A stretch of DNA of 64,000 bases from Chrysomallon squamiferum (GCA_012295275.1 CM022673.1:2666001-2730000); one strand, 5' to 3'; shown: positions 1 through 14,400, numbered from the stretch's first letter. Made by a program: numbers and translations. Notes: a model not told the origin generated them from the sequence alone.

Positions 1-3000
1 CAAACTGAAACAGAAGATAATAAATATATAAATTAATGAATAAAAAGAATTATACTTTTTTTTTTTTTTTTTTTTTTTTTTTAAGTATTTGGAGTATTTT
101 AGACAATTTTAATTTTAAATGAATTTTTAAGAATTAGTTAAAATTATTGAATTGTATGGTAAAATAAATAAAAATATTATTAAAGTATTATTTTTTTGAA
201 AAAGAAAACCAAAATCTATATTATTTTGTTTTGTTATATTTTACTAAAATAAATTTTAAGAAATATTAAAAAGATTGCAAGTGCAACATTTTTTAATATG
301 AAAAAAGAATTCTTACATTTAGCAAAGAAAATTTGCAGTCGCCATCGTTTGATCCTAATCGTACAACATTGGAATCAAATGTCTTGATGTAACCACTTGC
401 CATTACTGAGCACTTTCCTCGACAAAGTTCAGGAGCACTGCATTTCAGCTCTCCATATTCTGTGCAGTTACTGTAAGTGTGTGTTTTTAGTAAAAGTAAA
501 TAGATCCTTTCTTTGCCAAAAATGTTTATATCACTGCCAGAACATTTTGGTTCAAACTTTCACAATCGTATTCTTTGAGTAAAGATATTTTATTGTTTTA
601 AAAAAAAGTTTATATTAAACAAGAACTTTAAGAAAAATGGATTAAGTCACTTAATACAAAAAACCCAAAAAATCATTTTACAACTTTTATAAACTACAAA
701 TAAAGACATTAGAATGATTTTACAAATGAAATCAGCCATAGTTTCATAAAATTTTAAATAGTATTTAAATGTAATCTTATTACAAAACATTTAATTACCA
801 TACTTGTGGACAAGGCTTTTCAATAACAATAGACTGTCCTGGAGATATTATGTTCTGGTTTCTGTCTTTGCAGGTACAATTTGCAGATGCAACGCAATCG
901 CCATAGTGATCCTCAAAAAAGCCAATGCCACATGAACAGCCAGGATGACACACAAGGCATTCCTCTTTCTGCAGAATCACGTTTATACCAAGGCCACATT
1001 TCCGTTCACATATTGTTGTGCACTGTGTGTAGTACTGGTTTGGTTTAGGACAATCCTTAGCTAAAAAAGAGAGATCATTTTCACACACATATGGATTTTT
1101 TTTTCTTTACCATTAAACCAAAAGTTGACGGCATATTTTTTACATGCATGTTTTTAACTGATTGTTCTATTATATTTACCTACAAAAACGAAAAAAGAAA
1201 AGAAAATCAACGTGAAAAACCTAAATATATGGTCATCTAGGCAATAGTTAATCATATAGCATACATATTGTTTTAAAATGCACATAAGAAAGTTATAATA
1301 TATTTTTTTTTTAAACTCAAAACATGTATTATGATTATTTCAAGACACTAGAAATACAAAAACAGCCAAAAAAAAACAGAAGAGGAACAAATAACCTTTC
1401 AGAAGTTATTTCCATTCATTTACTACACAAAAGATTACCAATAACCTTAAAAATCTGATAAAAGTATACTGAACCAAGGCCAGGAAAAATTCAGGCTAAT
1501 TATAATGATACTCACGACACATATTTCTGGATCTCCATGTCACAACAATATACTGAAGAGAACACTCTGTTGCATAATTCTGCAGTGACTGACATCGAGC
1601 TTCGTTTTTCTTCTCAACAGATGCAGCACAGTAAGCCTTTTGGCATGTCTTCTCAAAATTATGATAAGGAACCTGCAATAAGAAGATGCCTAAGAAACGT
1701 AGAGTGGATAAAATATTTCAGGGCCAGATCTAGAAACTGTACAAAGTATTATTTGCCAACAGATGTTTTTTTTTGTTTTGTTTTTAAATATCTTTCTTTT
1801 TTTTTTTTAATGAACTTGTGAATCAGCACTATATTACTTATACATGTTTAGATTTTTTTTTAAAATAAATATTTTAATTTTTGTTCTGTATTTATACTGT
1901 ATGATTAACTATTACCTAGATGACCATATATGAAGGGTATTTTTTTTTCCTTTCTTTATATATGTTCTACTACTCAGCCGAGTTATATACTTTGTACAAG
2001 TGAAGAATCTTCAGGGGCTGCTAAGCCTAATGAAGCTAAGCCTAATGAATTCACATGCATTATCAGGTACTTGCCAGTAAATTATTTTTGAAGAAAAACT
2101 AAAAACAAACTCACAGGCTGCTAAGCCTAATGAAGCTAAGCCTAATGAATTCACATGCATTATCAGGTACTTGCCAGTAAATTATTTTTGAAGAAAAACT
2201 AAAAACAAACTCACAGTCACGTGGCACGGTTCAAAAACCCGAGATCGTATCAATGAACAGGCATTGGCAGCGTCCACAAGTTCACCTGGTTCACATTCTG
2301 GCAAAGGTTCTCCACACTGGAACAGAAATATCAGTTTTGGTTATTTAACTAAACAATGAAAAATGAGATTAATTATCTAAGCAGTGAATATTAATAAAGA
2401 TGATGAAGAGATGAAGTAATGATGATGATGATGATAAAGAAATAATAAATATCATCATCTTATAAATAAGATAAATAATAATGGAAATATATAAAAGATG
2501 ATGAGATGAAGTGTATGATGATCATAATAAAGAAATGTTAAATATCATCATCTTCAAAATAAGATAAGTAATAATGAAAATATGTAACTGAGGCAATTTC
2601 AAATACTAATGATTTCAGTCCCTTTTTTTTCCCTGCGATTTCAACAATTATTCATGAAAAACCTTTTTATTATCTTGTTCGTTTCTCATATACATTATTA
2701 TTTTGCAAATTCTTTTAGTCAAAAAAAAATAACTGTAAACTCTCACTGAAAACTTACACTTGTTGTATCTCTGAACAATTCACCATACTTGTTTGCTTCA
2801 TACTGATTGGTAGCCAGTTTCTTTTCATCTAAAAGAAAGAAAGTGATTTCAAGTTTTTTCATTACTATTAATTCAAATTAATCTTTCAAGTCTTAAAAAT
2901 ATTTTTAAAAATCATATTTTTTAAATGAATGACAAAAATGTGAATAGAGAAAGAAAAAAATGAAAGACATTACATAACTAATCAGTATGAAAATAAATGG

Positions 3001-3789
3001 AAATTAATGTTTTCCTTTTTCTGGATTGATTTGAACTATTATCAAAACATATATATTTAATTTGCTCATACTTATTTGTTTAGCTTCATCAAAATGAGAA
3101 GAAATCTTTGGCAAAATTGCAAATTCTATTAATTTATCATAAAACTTTACAATTAAAAAAAAGAAAGAAGAAAGTTAAATAATACTTTGCACAAAGTATA
3201 AACCTTTATATGATATTAAGTTACTAACAAATGTAGATCTTCATAAAAATTACACAATTATCTGAACTGTTATAAAATGCAATAATTTTATGTAATTATG
3301 GAATCACCAACATTTAAAACTGCTTCTCCTGTAATCAAAGTAAGGACATAAATAATCTAGTAACAGTAATAAACAGAAGAAATGAAACCCCTGAAATGCC
3401 CACCTGTTGCATCAAGGTTAGCATTGCCACACATTCCAGCTATTGTCATATCCTTTAAAATCTGCTTTTCTGCCGATATTCCAACAAATCCATCACTGTC
3501 GATACGAATTTTTAAACCAACTGTGGTTGTGATGTATACACTTTCTGACAACTTATAAAAGCTAATATCTAAAACATATTTATAAAATATTTTACTGTCA
3601 GTTTGAGAATTAATAACAGCATTTTCTGGTTTATAAAATAATAAATGCAAGTAGAATGTTAAAAACAAAACAAGTTTCATAATAAATGTGTTAGTCATAA
3701 GTATTTCAAATCAGGCACCATCTGAAACAATTTACATCTCTAAAATTTAAAATAATTTTTGACAATCTATTATTTAGTTTAGGAATATA

Positions 3790-3820
<31 letters not shown>

Positions 3821-4116
3821 TGTATTTATGTATTTATGTATGTATGTATGTATGTATGTATGTATGTATGTATGTATGTATGTATGTATGTATGTATGTA
3901 TCTATATATGCTTGCATGTATGTATGTTTGTATGTATTATAAATTACCTCCAATATTAACAACTGTTGCTGTTGGCGTGTTATCATTCACCTTTCCGTTG
4001 AGATATGTATAATCAGTAAATGTCTGGCTTTTTAAAATTCTTATAACCACTTCCTAAACACAAAAAAGTATCCACAGCATATATAAGGCATTACAGTGTC
4101 ACAAAATATATATTTG

Positions 4117-4161
<45 letters not shown>

Positions 4162-6053
4162 TGTATATACATCTAAGTATTCTCTCATGTCTATTTGTTA
4201 CTAAAAATGTACATAAGTCTGTACATGTTTATGTTTATGCTTGTGTATGTTTGTATGTGTGCATGTATATGTGTAAGTTTATATTTAGAGATGAAGAGGC
4301 TGAAGACCATCTATACTTTGAGCCACGATTAAGAAATAAACTGTGATTAACTTTAGATTCATTTTTTAGCATTTCAGTTTAAATACCTGTGTGCAGCTGC
4401 AAGTGTCAAGAGGATCACAGTCAGTGATTGAAGTGATGAGAATGCGATCAGTCTTGACCAGGGTCATCCTGCAAGTTGATGCATAGTTATATCGCACTCC
4501 ATCAAATGTTCTATAATTGGACTCTCCGGAATGTGTACAGGTTAATATACCAACTTCACTGCTGTCCACAGTAGTAAAATTTGCTACAAATACAAAATAA
4601 CAGCAAATGGTTTTTAAATATTTAGGAATAATAAAATAGATATGTCTCAATTTTATTGTGAAAAATTTCCAAAAACAAGATTTAAAAAGATAGCAATTTT
4701 TTATTATTTGGAACATTCTGATCTTTAAATTTCATTTTCATTTGTAATGAGTTCCTGAAAAATAGTAATAGTAAAAAACATAATAAAGAAATGAAATTTT
4801 TGACAATAGTTTGTTTGCTTTATTATGATTCTACATAATACCAGCTTATAAATCTGCATATACTTTATATTATTATTATTATTACCATATTAACATATTT
4901 TAAAGAAAAATTTAACATCATGAATATATTTATTAACTGCTTCATGTAGGGTTTAGCTTACAAAAGGTGATAATAAACTGTTTGTTTACATTAATAAACT
5001 GACAACATCTTACCTTCTTCACAAAGATTGCATTCTCCATCAAACATGTTACCATAAGAAAAGCCACTGGCTCCACAACATGCATTTATGGTATCTGCTG
5101 ATGATATTTTTCGTCCAGAGCAATCTTCCAGTGCATAACAATAGTTCACTGCAATAACAGGTTTCAAAAAGCAAAGACATTTTTTTTATATACAATTATT
5201 ATCAATTTGAGACCTATATTCACTTTAACAGTAAAGTACATTAGCATATAACAAGAACAACATTAATTCCAGGTAACCCCCTCAATTTTGTTTTTTAAAT
5301 GTATTTGCCAAGAACTGCATTTTCAATAAACAATGTCTCAGTGTTTGTATTTCAGTTTAACATAAAATCAAATAATTACTAATAATTAACCATTTTGTTT
5401 TGTTTTGTACATCTTAAGTTTATATATGGATTTTTAAAATTTTATTTCTTTTTTTATTATTATTATCTGTTTTTTAAGAAACTTAAGTAATTACAGGTTT
5501 CAAAGATTTTTCACTATGTTCTCAGGACTAAATACAACTCTGTAGCACTGAAATTTTGATAATCTGTCTATGGATCTGTATAATGTATCATGGTGAAAAT
5601 AGGAAAAGCATATAATTATAATAAAATAAATATGTAAAGTTTTAATATCATCATGTTTTGGGGGGGGGTTTATGTTTTTGTTTTTTCAATATATTTATTT
5701 AATTATTTGTATGCAAAATATATCATTTTGTTATTGCTGTTGTTATTTTATTTCTTTTTATCTTTTAAAAAAAAATATATAATATAATTGTTTAATTTTT
5801 ATATTGAAAGTTACTACCATTGTTGTTTCTTATATCCTAAATGTTTCAAGAATGTTTGTATAAAGAATGACTAATGTAATAAATGGAGAAACACTTACTG
5901 GAGTAAGAACAGTAATCTTACCTCCAGATTCTTCATCACACAATATTCCACCCCACGAGTCATTACAGCTACATTTATTTGGTTCTACACACACACCATG
6001 AACACACTGATTTCGACAGATTGCTGAAATAAATTTTAATTTTAGAATGACAG

Positions 6054-6104
<51 letters not shown>

Positions 6105-7444
6105 GATGATGAAGAAAATAAAATATTCTAATATATATATAATTATTTTTATTGTTATTATTATTAGTAGTAGTAGTAGTATTTTGCTCTCAAGTATAAT
6201 TAGATTCAAATATTTTTACTTATTTTCTACAACTTTTTTATTATTATTATTATTTTAAAAATAATCTATTATTATTTTTTTTTTTTCTGATTTAAAAATA
6301 ATATATTAACACATATAAATAAATAAAAACAATCAACCAAAAAAATTATCACTTCTCAAGGAAAATAAGATTTAAAACTTAAACTGGCGGTAAAACCTAT
6401 TTTATCATAATAATAATAATAATAAATAGATAAATATATTAATTAATAACAGTATCTGTGACCTATTCATGTTCTTTATTTCTTCGGAGTTGGTTAGTTG
6501 AGACAAAAGACAGAATCGTGAAATGGAATAAAATAAGTTTGCCAAAAAGAAATGGATTGTTGTGCTGTTTATTTTCCACTTGCGTAGGAGTGGGTACAAA
6601 GAGATAAACCCTAAAGTTATCATCTTTATTTGGTGACATGAGAGGCTTAATTCCATTAGCATAATTTTATATAGGCCGCATCGACTCAGTTCAGTTGTAG
6701 CAGACGAGCGGAAATGAACCAAATTGATCTGCGCATATCCAGATGGAAAAAAACACACGAAATAATAATACTTTTTATCAAATAAAATTTGATTGGTAGA
6801 ATTAAACTTTACTCTTTGTAACTGGTTTTATGAAATTTTGTTTTACAAATTAAGAATAAGAATAATAATAATAAAGGAGACTTACGTGTTTCACAGGATG
6901 CTCCGTCCCATCCTGCACAACATTCGGTCGTTTCCTTTTCCACATAGCTGAATATATTTCAGTGAAACATTGTTAATAAAATTCTTTAATTTTTTAATGA
7001 TTGCCATTCACGATAATTATACTTTTAAATATATAATTCATTTCCGGCATAACAAATTAGTAAATAAACGTTTTCCAAACTACAGCGTTATCCCCCATTC
7101 ATCAAATGATATATTCTAAAATTAAAAACCTTTATTTTTGTAAAAAAAAACAACGTACGTGTGTGTGTGTGTGTGTACCGTTTATTTGTTTTATTTAGTT
7201 ATTTTTATTTTATTTTTTTTTTTTTTCAAAACCTACCGAAAGTAAATGCACTTTGTATTAGGATGAGCGTTGAAGAATAAATCCGTACTGTCCGATACAT
7301 TATTCAGTAGTGCAGTTTCGTTGAAATCCGGAAACCAGCCAAGTTTGGACCTGTCTCTAAACGTTATCCTACCACAGCTGTCTATCTCAGGGGTATCCTT
7401 TACTGTCTTTGTAACTGTACACAGATTGGAAGATATACTCCTGA

Positions 7445-7493
<49 letters not shown>

Positions 7494-8035
7494 TAACATC
7501 AAACAAAACAAAAAAAACCCAAAACCCCAAATAATAATGGTGCTAGTGGTAATTAAAACAACAACCATAACATACAAAAATATTGTTAAAAGTTAAGAGT
7601 AATATCTTTATCACAATAATTCTATCGATATTGGAAACTGGAGAAGAAACTGAATTCTAGAAGTTACCACTGGATTTTACAGTATTTCAAGATTACAGTA
7701 CAAAGACTTTTCAACTCTTTGCGGTTTAATGTTGTTCTGTTTTAAATTTATTTATTTATTAATTAATTTATTCATTATTATTGTTGTTGTTAGTATCGTC
7801 CTATTCATCGTTTTTATTACAATTTTCATCATCATCATTATCGTCATCTCTGTTGTTAATGGTGTTATTAATTTTTCGTTCTCTCCTCAAGTAGTTCTAT
7901 TTGTGTTAGGTGTTTCTTTTTATGTGATGCGCAAAGTAATTTTATTTGATTAGTATATACTTACTGCTGCGTACTCCATTGTGGTCCAGTGGCCAAATGA
8001 AAAAACACAAACAAAAAATGCACACCGACACCCAT
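1..8035 (-). CDS. Secreted VWD/C8/TIL multidomain protein (SCO-spondin/otogelin/hemocytin/gel-forming mucin-like); 5' part only, continues past window start
   Basis: Phase-consistent GT-AG exons: 8035-7965 ([17 protein letters not shown] signal peptide), 7440-7237, 6947-6886 ([11 protein letters not shown]), 6023-5922 ([23 protein letters not shown]), 5148-5014, 4583-4387 ([18 protein letters not shown] start), 4053-3948, 3625-3404 (GMCGN), 2828-2758, 2316-2215 (FEPCH), 1672-1516 (C8: CQKAYC...YATEC...WRSRNMC), 1060-799 (TIL), 470-317 (second VWD, YIKTFD); next exon begins at position 4. Confidence 0.9.
2016..2216. repeat. Perfect 100-bp tandem duplication (2 copies) in an intron, including a splice donor
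   Basis: GGCTGCTAAGCCTAATGAAG...AAACTCACA at 2016-2115 and again at 2116-2215. Confidence 0.95.
2396..2583. repeat. Diverged tandem duplication of about 95 bp (2 copies), intronic
   Basis: AAAGATGATGA...GATGAAGT...AAATATCATCATCTT...AAATAAGATAA...ATAATG occurs twice in succession. Confidence 0.7.
3792..3935. repeat. (TATG)n microsatellite
   Basis: Directly visible tetranucleotide run; source of the MYVC ORF. Confidence 0.95.
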
Positions 8036-9224
8036 CTACCTATTCAGTTTGCTAGAAGGCTCTAGCATAAATTACAATTCTGAAATAAATTTGCGCAGCA
8101 TAAAGAGAAAAGGCACATTCAATGTTAACTTTTCTTCTGTGAAGTTTCTGAAACGCTAGTTTAAAAAGAAACGCAAGACATTTTGTAAATTAATCAATGA
8201 ACAACTGTTGCTCTGGATTTTGATAACACGTCAAGCATTTTGGCGAGCGTGACTTCTTTTCTTGTAACTAAGAAATATGTTTACTGTGGAGCCTTCAGAG
8301 GAAAGCATTTCAATAAGGGAAACTGGTGCGTGCATACTGTTAAAAAAAAAAAATGTTAAAGATCAATAAATATACTTTTTTTTTTATAAGTATACATTTC
8401 TGATTCTTAAACATATTTATTTATTTATTTATTTTTATTTAATTTTATTTTATCTGTTTTGTTTTATATTATTTTATTGTATTATTTATATGTTAATTTG
8501 GGAAGAAAATAAATCTTAGGATTTGGTATGTTGATGATAATCATGATCACCATTAATTATTTTCATTCTAATCATTACTGCAATGATCTTCATCTCTACA
8601 AACGATAATAATGATTTTGTTTCACATAGTATACAATGAAACAAAAATATATAAATTTATTCAAATTCATACTTGAGTATTAAACTGTAAAATTGATCCC
8701 AGGATATTTTTATTATAAATTTATATTTTTATTTTATTCTTTCTTTCTTTCTTCTTTATTATTTATTCATTTGCTTATATGCTTACCTACTTACTGTTTA
8801 ATTACTAATTTATTTATTTATTTATTTTTAATATTTATTTTATATTATTTTAATTTTAAAAATTAAAATTAAAAAAAAAAAAAAGTATTTATTTATTTAT
8901 TTACTCAGGAGTATGAGCGTTGTGATAAAAGAATATTTGAGCTGACATAGCAGAAATTTGCCAGCGTTGAATCTGACATCTTCGTTTCATAATTTTATTT
9001 TTCTTTCTTTGAAGAAAAATCCAAGTTTTATTATTGTTATGATTATTGATTAACATGACTAAAAACACTTCTATGAGGTCATCTTGCTTTTGTTTCTTTC
9101 TTTTTTACATCAAGGTTATATGTCATTCAAATTATGCCAAAAATATCAATAAAATATGGTTGTGTTTAAAAAAGTGTATCTGTGTAAGTTCAGCTGTAAT
9201 CAGTCTCAGTTAAATCTTATTTCA

Positions 9225-9250
9225 TATACATACATATATTTATATGTGTG

Positions 9251-9282
<32 letters not shown>

Positions 9283-9367
9283 TACACACACATATATATA
9301 CACACACATTCATTTATGCATATACATACATATACATATACATATGTAGATGTAGATATAGATGTAC

Positions 9368-9411
<44 letters not shown>

Positions 9412-9436
9412 ATGTATATGTATATATATGTATGCA
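9225..9436. repeat. Compound (TA)n/(CA)n microsatellite
   Basis: Directly visible; generates YIYI/THTH ORFs. Confidence 0.9.
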
Positions 9437-9712
9437 CATCAAATTCCAATCATAAATCGTCTTAATATATCTATAATTTATCTTTATTTATTTGTTTGTT
9501 TTTCAGTTGAAGAATTACTCATTTATTTTATAATATCAGTTACGAAATTAGCTTATCACTAACTGTAATGCGAGTGACCTCCCTTTGATATCTAGTTTTA
9601 ATGTTATAACTACTTTTCACGTACATTAATTTTTGTTGTTATTATTATTATTATTAGCTAATGAAATTGTTGCCTGTTTTGAAACTGATTTAAAAAATAC
9701 GTGCTACTGCGT

Positions 9713-9755
<43 letters not shown>

Positions 9756-10107
9756 CAAACCCGACTGATGAAAATAAACAGTAGGCTAATAATTCAAGGT
9801 ATTCTTTATTATCATTTACTGTAAGTCCTACTTTTATCAAAAAGCAAGTTATTATTATTATTATTATTATATTTATACTGTTGTTGTTTTATTTATTTTT
9901 GTTATTGTTGTTAATGTTATGGTTATTGTTTTTACAATTCTCATATGGTAAACGAGAAAGAAAAATAATAACAGAGCGTTTTCAAAAAATCATGGCAACA
10001 GCATCTTCACATAGTGCCTCGGAAAATATTCCTTTGCCGACAGACACCGTCTTTTTTAATTTTTTAATTTTTTAAATTGTTTTGTTCAGTTTCCTATGTA
10101 TCTATTA

Positions 10108-10138
<31 letters not shown>

Positions 10139-10189
10139 TTATGGCGTGCATTGGAAAACATTTGTAGAGAGGTACGCCACTTGGTGGAT

Positions 10190-10390
10190 CCAGTGATTTA
10201 TTTGTCTTCTTTTCATAACGTGGTTGGAACTGTAAGATGGTGCCTAAAACAGATCCTCGCTTGAAAGAGTTGCCCATGAAATGGCGTTAACCGATTTCTT
10301 CTCTCGTTATCTGATTGGTCCTTAACATTGGACCCAACCCATGTAACTATAAATAGAATGTGTTGAGTGCGTCATTAAATAAAACACTGA
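10190..10390 (+). mobile_element. Degenerate SINE-like retroposon remnant
   Basis: AAAGAGTTGCCCATGAAATGGCG...TGGTCCTTAAC...AATGTGTTGAGTGCGTCATTAAATAAAAC followed by A-rich and (CA)n tail; resembles a gastropod SINE 3' end as I recall it (not database-checked). A possible opposite-orientation fragment lies near 42345-42400 (CCACAGACAGTACATACCACAGCCTTTG). Confidence 0.5.
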
Positions 10391-10413
10391 AAAAAAAAAA
10401 AAAAAACCACAAA

Positions 10414-10461
<48 letters not shown>

Positions 10462-11405
10462 TATACACACATTCAGAACCGCTAAAGATGTGCACATATA
10501 TTAATAAATACTGTGTTTACAATCACCCTTCAGTAGCTGAAGTGGAGAAACAAATGCATAAAAATTAAATTATAAAAATAGAATAAAATAAAATAATAAT
10601 AATAAATAAATAAATAAATAAATAAAAGCTTTGCAGCTGACAGCAGAATCTATCTATTTTTTTTTTTTTTTCTTTTTGACATTTATAATTTGTTAGATAA
10701 GACTAATGTGTCCTTTCGGTTACAGAACATACAAGAACGAAAACTTAAGCTAGTCTTCCTTCTTGTACATTATCTGCATACCGAAAGACAGGTTTCTTTT
10801 GAGGAGTGTTCCAGTGTCCGATGATGTCTGATGTCATTGAGATGTGGCTTTTTAACCAGTGAAAAGCTTTTGCAACAAAAAACATATTTCAATTGATACA
10901 AATTAATGGGTTCGTTTCTTTTCGTAATCTTCCGCCAAACGGCTTCGTTTATTTCCGTTTATTATTGAAAAACCTATGCAATTCATAAATATTATGTTAC
11001 ATAAATAGGTGAAGATAAGGTGTTGATAGTTGATACGTTTTGGCATAAACGAAGCTGATTAACAAATCAACAACAACAACAATGAAGTTTTCATTTTACA
11101 TTTGAAATTTCTGTCGGCTTTTTATCATTTTAGCACTAAAGAAAAATAATAATAAAAAATGCAATTCCAGTTGGTTAGTAATATTTCTAGTAGCAGTATT
11201 AGTAATATAAAACCCTATAAAAATAATGCTATTCAGCTAATTATATTATTATAGCAGTTTGTGTTGCTGGCACTATTACTACTTTAAAATCAAATTTAGA
11301 AAGTGTATGTCATTACACTATAAGACATTTATGGGGTTTATCCACAGGTAATTCACTAGTTTCATTGTCGGAGCCCTTTTCCTCCGTTCTGCTCGTACAA
11401 CTATG

Positions 11406-14400
11406 TTACTCCTTTAGCCATTTTATTGGCAGCACTGGAATCGTCTCGAGAAACGTTTTAAGATCATTGTCTATGAAAATATCTCCTTCTGTTACCGGCT
11501 TTATTGGGTCTCTTCCAGTTAACATTAGGACGACGGTAACTGTGATCCCAGTGATGGCTAGAGCAGAGCCAACCGAAGAAAGAACGGCTTCGGCTCCGTC
11601 ACTTCCGCAGCAATCTGCAGTGCAAACACAGCTTCCTGAAACAAATGAACAAATAAATTTTACATTTAACATCAAACCACTTTTTAATCTGCGGTTATAA
11701 GGCGTTGTTGTCACTTAATCTAAAGGGGCATTTTAATACTTCATTTTATTAAATTCATAACTTTATTCACTGTTAACAATTTACGAAAGAGGACCTCATA
11801 GAATGATAGATTTAAGCCTCAAGACATATGAAGTCTCTGGTCTTGATAACAGATTGATGCTAGTAGGTTTCCCAACTTAAACAATACTGAAAGACGATTT
11901 TACGATTAGCAGCAAGAGCTATTTTAAATGGACCTTCCCATGGCCGGGTTTGACTATATATGCTATTGCTTAGAGTCTGACAGACAAAGAGGACTTCTAC
12001 GAATTTCAGTTGAATTTTTTTTATACATCATTCTCAGTCTGAACGTATCAAACAAAATAAAGTTTTTCCCTAGCTTTGAACCCCACCACATATAAATCCG
12101 GCGCCGCACCTACCCTTAGAATATATGTAGCGATATGTTTTTATAACCAATATAAAGTCTATAACTTGACATTTGATTACTAAACTGTGGCTGGAACGAA
12201 CAGGAAATATAACTGAACTTGACTGAGACAAAGCTGACAAATATCCAGTCTTTTTACAGCGTTTTCTGGTTTTCTTTAAAATCTCGAATAATCTGAAATC
12301 TCATAGCAATGTATGCAGCGCAGCAATGTGGAATAATTTAACCAGTGTGGATGAAACGCTTTACTTATTTTTCATGCTGAAAGAAAAAAGAGAAAATAAT
12401 CATTAAAAATGAGTATTATTAGCATAAAAGTGTGAAATGTTATTATTTTTTAGTTTTTTTACTTTTTTATATTATTATTTTGAATTATTATATTTTTTAT
12501 GTTATTATTTTGATTTTTCTTAATGGGTACAGGTTTAAAATTTAGTCATTAATTAATCATAAACAATGTCATCGAAAATTTTTAGAAAGGAAAGTAGCAC
12601 TGATTATGTCAAATAGTAATTTAAAAATAAAAAAATAACAGACATCATCCAATCTTTTTTTTTTTTTTTTTTTTTTATTCAATAAATAAATACTGTAAGG
12701 AGACCTTTGATGTCTTTTTAGTAACTGACTCGGACATGGTTAATTACATTAAGTTGCATGTCGTATATTGTGGTAATCAGCTTCGTTTTGTAGTCTTTAT
12801 AAAAAAACAACATCTACTACTGCTACCACTAATATATCACTACCATTGCTGCTACTACTACTATAGCTTATAATAATAATAATAACAACAACAAAAACAT
12901 CAGTAAATAAATAAATAAATACCTTCTGGTTGCATTGTCCTCATTTTCAGCTGTGCGTCCATTTAACACAGACTGACTGGACTCTATTGCTGAAGCTTCA
13001 CTGGCGCTGACACCTTCGACATCCTCAATTTGAGCCTTTTGTTCAGGAGAGAGTGCATTCCAGTTCATAAACTGACTGATAATACTGTATCCCATGAAGC
13101 CCCACATTGTAAGAGACGCAAAAGTGCTTAAGACCTTTTCTGTAGATCCCTTGATGGAAAGTTTCTTTGTAACGTTTTCCATTGCTCTGCCCAGTTTATC
13201 CATTACAAACTTATCGGATTCCTTAGCCCACACAGAAACTACTTCAGTCATCATATTTCCCATGTAAGTGAAGCAATTAACAGCTGAAATTTTGCTAACT
13301 TCTTCCATACTTTCCTTAATGAGAGTCTGAAACTGTGAAGATACTGCGGTGTCCATACCATCAGTTCCACTCAGTATACGATCGATTAGCTGCCCAAACG
13401 CATCGCAGATAAACTCTTTTAAAATACCTAGGTCTTCGTCTGAACTTTTGTACATCTGACCTATATTGGTGAGTCTTTGGACCATAACCATTTTACAGAG
13501 CTCAGTGGCATAATCAGTATCTGGAGCAAGGCACTGGAGAACCATGCACTGTTTTTGTAGAAGAGCATTTAACTGAGCAGCATCCAAAATCATCACAAAA
13601 ACGCTCATGACAAACGGATCCTCAAATTTGTCAAAGAGTTTTTTGCCCATCCAAGGGAGTCGGGGATTTGACATACTTTTGTAGTTTAGTACTTTCCTAA
13701 ATGTAGGTGTGAGTAGCGACCACTTTGTTCATGTTAGTGTATTCATTTTTTTGCGAAAGATTGGCTTCGCTATCTCTAGACCAGTAATAGACGAATTTAT
13801 TCTGATCGTCTTCGGAGGATTTAGCTTTATAGTAGTCAAGCACTGACAGTAAATGTCTAATGTAACTAACGCCGAATTTATTAGCAACGATGTGCGAATT
13901 AGTTTCTGCAAACTCTTCTAGACTGCCTGGTTCGGCTTGGTCATACCTAAGATATTTTCACGCCATCCAGCTGGAATTTTGGTGTTCCATCATTTGCTTG
14001 ATTAAATTGAAAGTTTTTTCATGAATTTTGGTCTGCGGCGAGACCATTGTGAAAAGTTCTTCAATACTGAAATCTTTTTCTCTTGTAGCCATCGCAAGAG
14101 AAATGGACTGAGGGTGTGCTTTTGATCTCTCTCCTGTGCTCGTACTTGGGAGACTATACCTCGTTGATGAATTCTTCCTTCTCAGAAAAGAAGCATTACG
14201 AATTTGACGTAATATCGTTTTTGGCTGCGTTGCTGAGATTAATTTGTATTCTCCACTTGAAATTCTCACCTTCAAAACGTTCTGCATTCGGGTCATATTT
14301 TTTCGCAGTACCCTCGAATGACGATTAGTCCCAGTTGAAAATTGCCTCCATGTGCATGTTCTGGGGTCCGATTTCAAGTTCACAGTATTTTTTCGGATTT

